NCBI GenBank assembly: GCA_017434345.1
Contig: JAFRFM010000039.1
Span: 1 to 63,014 of the forward strand
From: Candidatus Saccharimonadota bacterium
Lineage (GTDB): Bacteria; Patescibacteriota; Saccharimonadia; Saccharimonadales; Saccharimonadaceae
DNA length: 63,014 nucleotides
Direction of reading: 5' to 3'
Positions 59,152 through 63,014 of this stretch are shown here, in pieces. The position numbers were made by a program, and so were the translations under genes. The first letter of the stretch is position 1, and every line of letters starts with the position of its first letter. The notes under the pieces were generated by a model, which saw only the letters and a list, made by a program, of their open reading frames with translations, was not told the origin of the DNA and ran no database searches.

Positions 59152-59831
59152 ATGGCCGACAATACTAAAGCACCAAAGTAATTAACAAATCCGGCACCTT
59201 AAAGATGACCGACGAGACCGCTAGCCGTAAACAGGTTCGCGACATCTCTGGTCGTCCTATGGATCGCCGTAATAATCGCCGTGGTAATAACCGTGCTAAC
59301 CGCGAACTTCCACCAAAAGAGTTTGACGAAGTCACAATCAACATTGACCGTGTCTCTCGTACCGTAAAAGGTGGTCGTCGTATGCGCTTTAAAGCACTCG
59401 TTGCAATCGGCAATCATAAAAATAAAGTTGGCATCGGTGTCGCGAAAGGTAGCGACGTTACGAGCGCCGTACAGAAAGCTTCCGCTAAGGCACATAAGAG
59501 CCTTATCGAATTCAATATGGACGGTGAAACTATCTGCCACGAAGTAGAAACCAAGACTACTGGGGCACACGTTCTTATGAAACCTGCCGCTCCTGGTACC
59601 GGTATTATTGCCGGTGGCGTAGTCCGTTCTATTATTGGTCTTACCGGCGTTAAAAACCTTATTTCTAAGTCTCTCGGCTCTACCAATAAGGTTAACATCG
59701 CCTATGCCGTTATCGAAGGTCTTCGCGAACAAGTTCCTCGTAAAGATTGGGAGACTACTAAGATTAACGCAGAATCTAAACCTGCCAAAAAGCCGACTGC
59801 TAAGAAAACTACTAAAAAGGAGGCTAAATAA
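59152..59831 (+). CDS. rpsE: 30S ribosomal protein S5 (apparent 1-bp frameshift near the N-terminus; intact core from ATG 59205)
   Basis: RVSRTVKGGRR.RF.ALV, PAAPGTG.IAGG and KSLGS.N..N; the SD-preceded ATG 59152 is out of frame by one base. Confidence 0.95.
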
Positions 59832-60322
59832 TGAAGTACAACGATTTGCAAGTTACGGCAAATACTCGCCCATCCCGTAAGGGTCGCGGTATTTCTGCCG
59901 GACAGGGAAAGACTGCCGGCCGCGGTACTAAAGGTCAGAAAGCCCGTACTGGCCATCGTAAGATGCCAGCAAGCTTCATGGGCGGACAAAAAGCCTTCGT
60001 CCAGGCCATCCCGAAGCTAAAGGGATTTAAATCCCTTCACCCTAAGGCAGAGGTCGTCTATACCGACCGTCTAAATGGCCTTTCTGGCGAAGTAGATAAC
60101 TTTAAACTTTACGAGGCGGAGCTCATCTCTAACCCTTATGTAAAGGTAAAAGTTATCACCCGCGGCGAACTTACCGCTAAGATTAATCTTAACACTCAGT
60201 TCGCTTCGAAATCTGCCGTAGCTATGATTGAAAAAGCCGGCGGTAAATTCACTCAAACCGGTATTCCATCTCGCGCTACTCGTGAAGATAGCCGTAAAGG
60301 TGAAAAACAAGCTAAAAAATAG
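59831..60322 (+). CDS. rplO: 50S ribosomal protein L15
   Basis: GRG...G.GKTAGRG.KGQKAR, F.GGQ and PK.KGF. Confidence 0.98.
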   Translation: MKYNDLQVTANTRPSRKGRGISAGQGKTAGRGTKGQKARTGHRKMPASFMGGQKAFVQAIPKLKGFKSLHPKAEVVYTDRLNGLSGEVDNFKLYEAELISNPYVKVKVITRGELTAKINLNTQFASKSAVAMIEKAGGKFTQTGIPSRATREDSRKGEKQAKK

Positions 60323-60331
60323 CTAAAACTT

Positions 60332-60365
60332 ACAAAAACTGGTTGCGTCCGCAGCCAGTTTTTGT
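60332..60365 (+). terminator. Hairpin/terminator between rplO and secY
   Basis: ACAAAAACTGGTTGCG-TC-CGCAGCCAGTTTTTGT. Confidence 0.65.
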
Positions 60366-60397
60366 TATTATAGATAGAGTAAAGAAGAGTTAATCCT

Positions 60398-61816
60398 ATG
60401 CATTTCAAGACTATTTTCAAATCATTTAAGAATAAAGATATGTTAAAACGGCTCCTAATCGTAGTAGGCATCATTGTCGTTTATCGTTTTATGGCGCATA
60501 TTCCCGTACCTCTCGGCGACTCTTCTACCTTTAAAGAAGCTATTGAAACCTTACTCTCTAAGTCCGATTTTGGCAGCTTCCTTAACCTTATCTCCGGTGG
60601 CGGTCTTACTAGCTTCTCAATTATCCTAGTTGGCCTTTCGCCTTTCATTACTGCCTCTATCGTCGTTCAACTTATCACTAAGGCTATCCCTAGCCTAGAA
60701 GAACTCTCTCAAGACGGCGAAACCGGACGCCGTAAGATTAATCAATGGACCCGTCGTCTCTCCATTCCTCTAGCTATTGTCCAGTCTATCGCCTATATGT
60801 ACATTCTTTACCAATCTGCCGCCGCCAATGTCGCGACGGAAATGAATATCACGACTTCCGACTGGATTCTCTCTGTTACCTGTATGACTGCCGGCTCGAT
60901 TATCCTAATGTGGCTCGGTGAGCTTATTACGGAACAGGGAATCGGTAATGGTATTTCTATGATTATCTTCGCCTCAATTATTTCTCAACTTCCTACGACT
61001 ATGGCTAGCCTCGGAGCTTCTCTCTTCGATACGAGTAACGGCTCCCTTAGCCTCTTTGGCTGGGTCAACCTCCCTGTCAACCCGACTACCTTCTGGATTG
61101 TTCTCGGCTTCGCCGCGGCTATGGTTATAGTTATCTACTATCTCGTAAAACTAAACGAGGCACAGCGCATCATTACTATTAACTATGCGAAACGTGTACA
61201 CGGCAATAGTACCTATGGCGGAATTAAATCTATCCTCCCAATAAAACTTATCGCCGCCGGTGTCATCCCAGTCATCTTCGCTACTAGTTTCCTCGCCCTC
61301 CCGGCTCTAATTGGGCAACTTATTCAAACCGTCGACCCTAGTAATGCCTTTGGCGCTAGCCTCGTAAATCTCTTTACCGCGCCATCTGCTAGTAACTTCG
61401 CGACCATGTACCCGAACGGCATTAACATACAATGGTTCTTCTACCCGGCGCTATACTTCATCTTAGTCATCCTCTTTACCTACTTCTACACCTCAATCAT
61501 CTTTAACACTAACGAAATCGCCGAAAATCTACAGAAACAAGGCGGCTTCATTGAGGGTGTCCGCCCAGGTGCTACTACGGCTAAATATCTTAGCAACGTA
61601 GTAAATCGCCTAAACCTCTTCGGCGCACTTTCGCTCGGCATTATCGCAATGTTACCGTTTATCACCGATTACATTTTCATCCTTACTACCGGCGCACCTA
61701 TCGGTCTGTCCCTGTCCGGTACCGGTCTCCTCATTGTAGTCACCGTAGCAATAGAAAACCTCAGACAAATCGATTCTCGTGCTCTAATGATTACTTACGA
61801 CGATTATAAGGCTTAA
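60398..61816 (+). CDS. secY: Preprotein translocase SecY
   Basis: G..PFITASI..QL, WLGELITE.GIGNGIS, AGVIPVIFA and G.RPG..T. Confidence 0.98.
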   Translation: MHFKTIFKSFKNKDMLKRLLIVVGIIVVYRFMAHIPVPLGDSSTFKEAIETLLSKSDFGSFLNLISGGGLTSFSIILVGLSPFITASIVVQLITKAIPSLEELSQDGETGRRKINQWTRRLSIPLAIVQSIAYMYILYQSAAANVATEMNITTSDWILSVTCMTAGSIILMWLGELITEQGIGNGISMIIFASIISQLPTTMASLGASLFDTSNGSLSLFGWVNLPVNPTTFWIVLGFAAAMVIVIYYLVKLNEAQRIITINYAKRVHGNSTYGGIKSILPIKLIAAGVIPVIFATSFLALPALIGQLIQTVDPSNAFGASLVNLFTAPSASNFATMYPNGINIQWFFYPALYFILVILFTYFYTSIIFNTNEIAENLQKQGGFIEGVRPGATTAKYLSNVVNRLNLFGALSLGIIAMLPFITDYIFILTTGAPIGLSLSGTGLLIVVTVAIENLRQIDSRALMITYDDYKA

Positions 61817-61820
61817 TATC

Positions 61821-62537
61821 ATGGAGAGAAAAGTGGGCAAAAAAATCTCAATCGATATAAAAAGAAACTTACCAAAAATTTTCGTAGGAATTATAGTATT
61901 AGTTTTAGGTGTTATCGCCATTAGAGTACTCCTCTGGGAATACTCATACTATCAAGAAAAGGAAGGTAGCGAACGTGCAAAGGCCGTTTCTTCCCCTGTA
62001 ACCGAAGAAGAAACTATTTCCGAAGAAGAAATCACCCAGACCGAAACCGATAATTACACCGTATCTCCGGATCGCCCGCGATACCTTTCCATTGAGCGTC
62101 TAGACGTAAAAAACGCTCGCGTACTCCCAGTCGGCCTTACTAATTCTCGACAAATCCAGACCCCGAATAATATCTTCGACGTCGGTTGGTATACAGGTTC
62201 CGACCGTCCGGGAGAAGGCGGCACCGCCGTCTTTGACGGACATAACGGTGGCCCTACAAAAGTCGGAGTTTTCAAATATCTTCCAACTTTAGCAAACGGT
62301 GATATTATCACTATCGAACGTGGCGACGGAAAAATCTTCCGTTACAATGTAGTAGAAAACGTAAGTTACACTCTCTCCGAGGCAAATGCAAATATGAATA
62401 AAGCCTTCGTCTCCCCTGTACCCGGTGTAGAAAGCATTACCCTTATCACCTGTTCCGGCGAATGGTCCGACGTCCAAAAAACCTATCTCTCCCGCCAATT
62501 CGTCCGCGCCGTCTTACTAGCCGATACAGAACAGTGA
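61821..62537 (+). CDS. Class F sortase
   Basis: N-terminal TM; VGWY, PG..G....DGH, LITCSG and catalytic Arg. Confidence 0.88.
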   Translation: MERKVGKKISIDIKRNLPKIFVGIIVLVLGVIAIRVLLWEYSYYQEKEGSERAKAVSSPVTEEETISEEEITQTETDNYTVSPDRPRYLSIERLDVKNARVLPVGLTNSRQIQTPNNIFDVGWYTGSDRPGEGGTAVFDGHNGGPTKVGVFKYLPTLANGDIITIERGDGKIFRYNVVENVSYTLSEANANMNKAFVSPVPGVESITLITCSGEWSDVQKTYLSRQFVRAVLLADTEQ

Positions 62538-62542
62538 TATAG

Positions 62543-62683
62543 GCAGGCGGGAAATACGAATTTTATGTTATATTTATGACCGTGTGCGCCGAAGCTCGGC
62601 GCACGAGCCAGCGCTCCCCGTGAAGACGGGCGAGCGCGCCAGCGGGGTCATAAATATAACAAAAATTCGTATTTGCCCCTTGC
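62543..62683 (+). repeat. Fold-back element copy H upstream of infA
   Basis: ~39-bp arms around core GTGTGCGCCGAAGCTCGGCGCAC...CCCGT-GAAG-ACGGG...GCGG; right arm ends in the infA -35 (TTGCAT). Confidence 0.9.
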
Positions 62684-62721
62684 ATAATCGCACAGTTTTT
62701 GCTATAATAGAATAGTAATTT

Positions 62722-62946
62722 ATGGCTAGTCAAAAGGAAGTGATAAAACTCACCGGCAAGGTTATTGAGGCTTTGCCTAAGACCCAATTTCGGGTCGAAC
62801 TCGAGAATGGTCATATTATTATTGGGCACATGAGCGGAAAAATGCGTAAAAACTACATCCGATTTGTGCCAGGCGATAAGGTAGAAGTTGAGCTTACCCC
62901 TTATGACCTTACTAAAGGCCGCATCAGCTTCCGCCTAAAAGACTAA
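62722..62946 (+). CDS. infA: Translation initiation factor IF-1
   Basis: G.V.EALP...F.V.LENG, SGKMR...IR and YDLTKGRI. Confidence 0.98.
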   Translation: MASQKEVIKLTGKVIEALPKTQFRVELENGHIIIGHMSGKMRKNYIRFVPGDKVEVELTPYDLTKGRISFRLKD

Positions 62947-63014
62947 TAGACCCGTATTATTTTACGACATTTGAATAAGGGCTAAATGAGGTAAAATGAT
63001 ACGTTAATAGGAAA

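Noticed and set aside
1-63014. Prophage, integrase, transposase, reverse transcriptase/DGR or defence system genes
   Set aside because: No ORF shows recognisable motifs for these; the unassigned ORFans cannot be excluded but give no positive evidence.

Overview
A gene-dense chromosomal segment of a reduced-genome bacterium, most likely Patescibacteria/CPR (Saccharibacteria-like). This is inferred from the missing rpmD/L30, compact operons and divergent RpoB/RpoC. The genetic code is standard: tRNA-Trp has anticodon CCA, and TGA and TAG both serve as stops. Housekeeping content: the end of tuf, rpsJ, three tRNAs, rpmG, dnaE, leuS, rpmF-nusB-NUDIX-rnc-rpsP-khpA, rpoBC and a fragmented S10-spc-secY-infA cluster. 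Envelope and carbohydrate content: alpha-glucan genes (GH57, GT4, GH97), three class F-like sortases, surface proteins and a MurF/DegT/FemABX cell-wall cluster. The most unusual signal is a dispersed family of at least 7-8 fold-back elements. Each has a conserved ~60-70 nt two-hairpin core (TGCGCC-loop-GGCGCA, then CCYGT-RAMG-ACRGG). The core is flanked by 28-52 bp inverted arms (about 120-160 bp in the tandem-amplified copy) that differ in every copy and appear to be inverted copies of the local host DNA. One copy lies in-frame inside dnaE, one has amplified into a 350-bp tandem palindrome, and several sit at breakpoints of conserved translation operons. Other points: RpoC lacks the cysteines of both zinc sites, rpmC (L29) and adk are missing from their usual places, many promoters look leaderless, there is an orphan ~100-nt sRNA candidate, and leuS/rpsE carry lesions alongside many C>A/G>T-type changes that suggest consensus errors. 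All calls are from reading the sequence; no searches were run.
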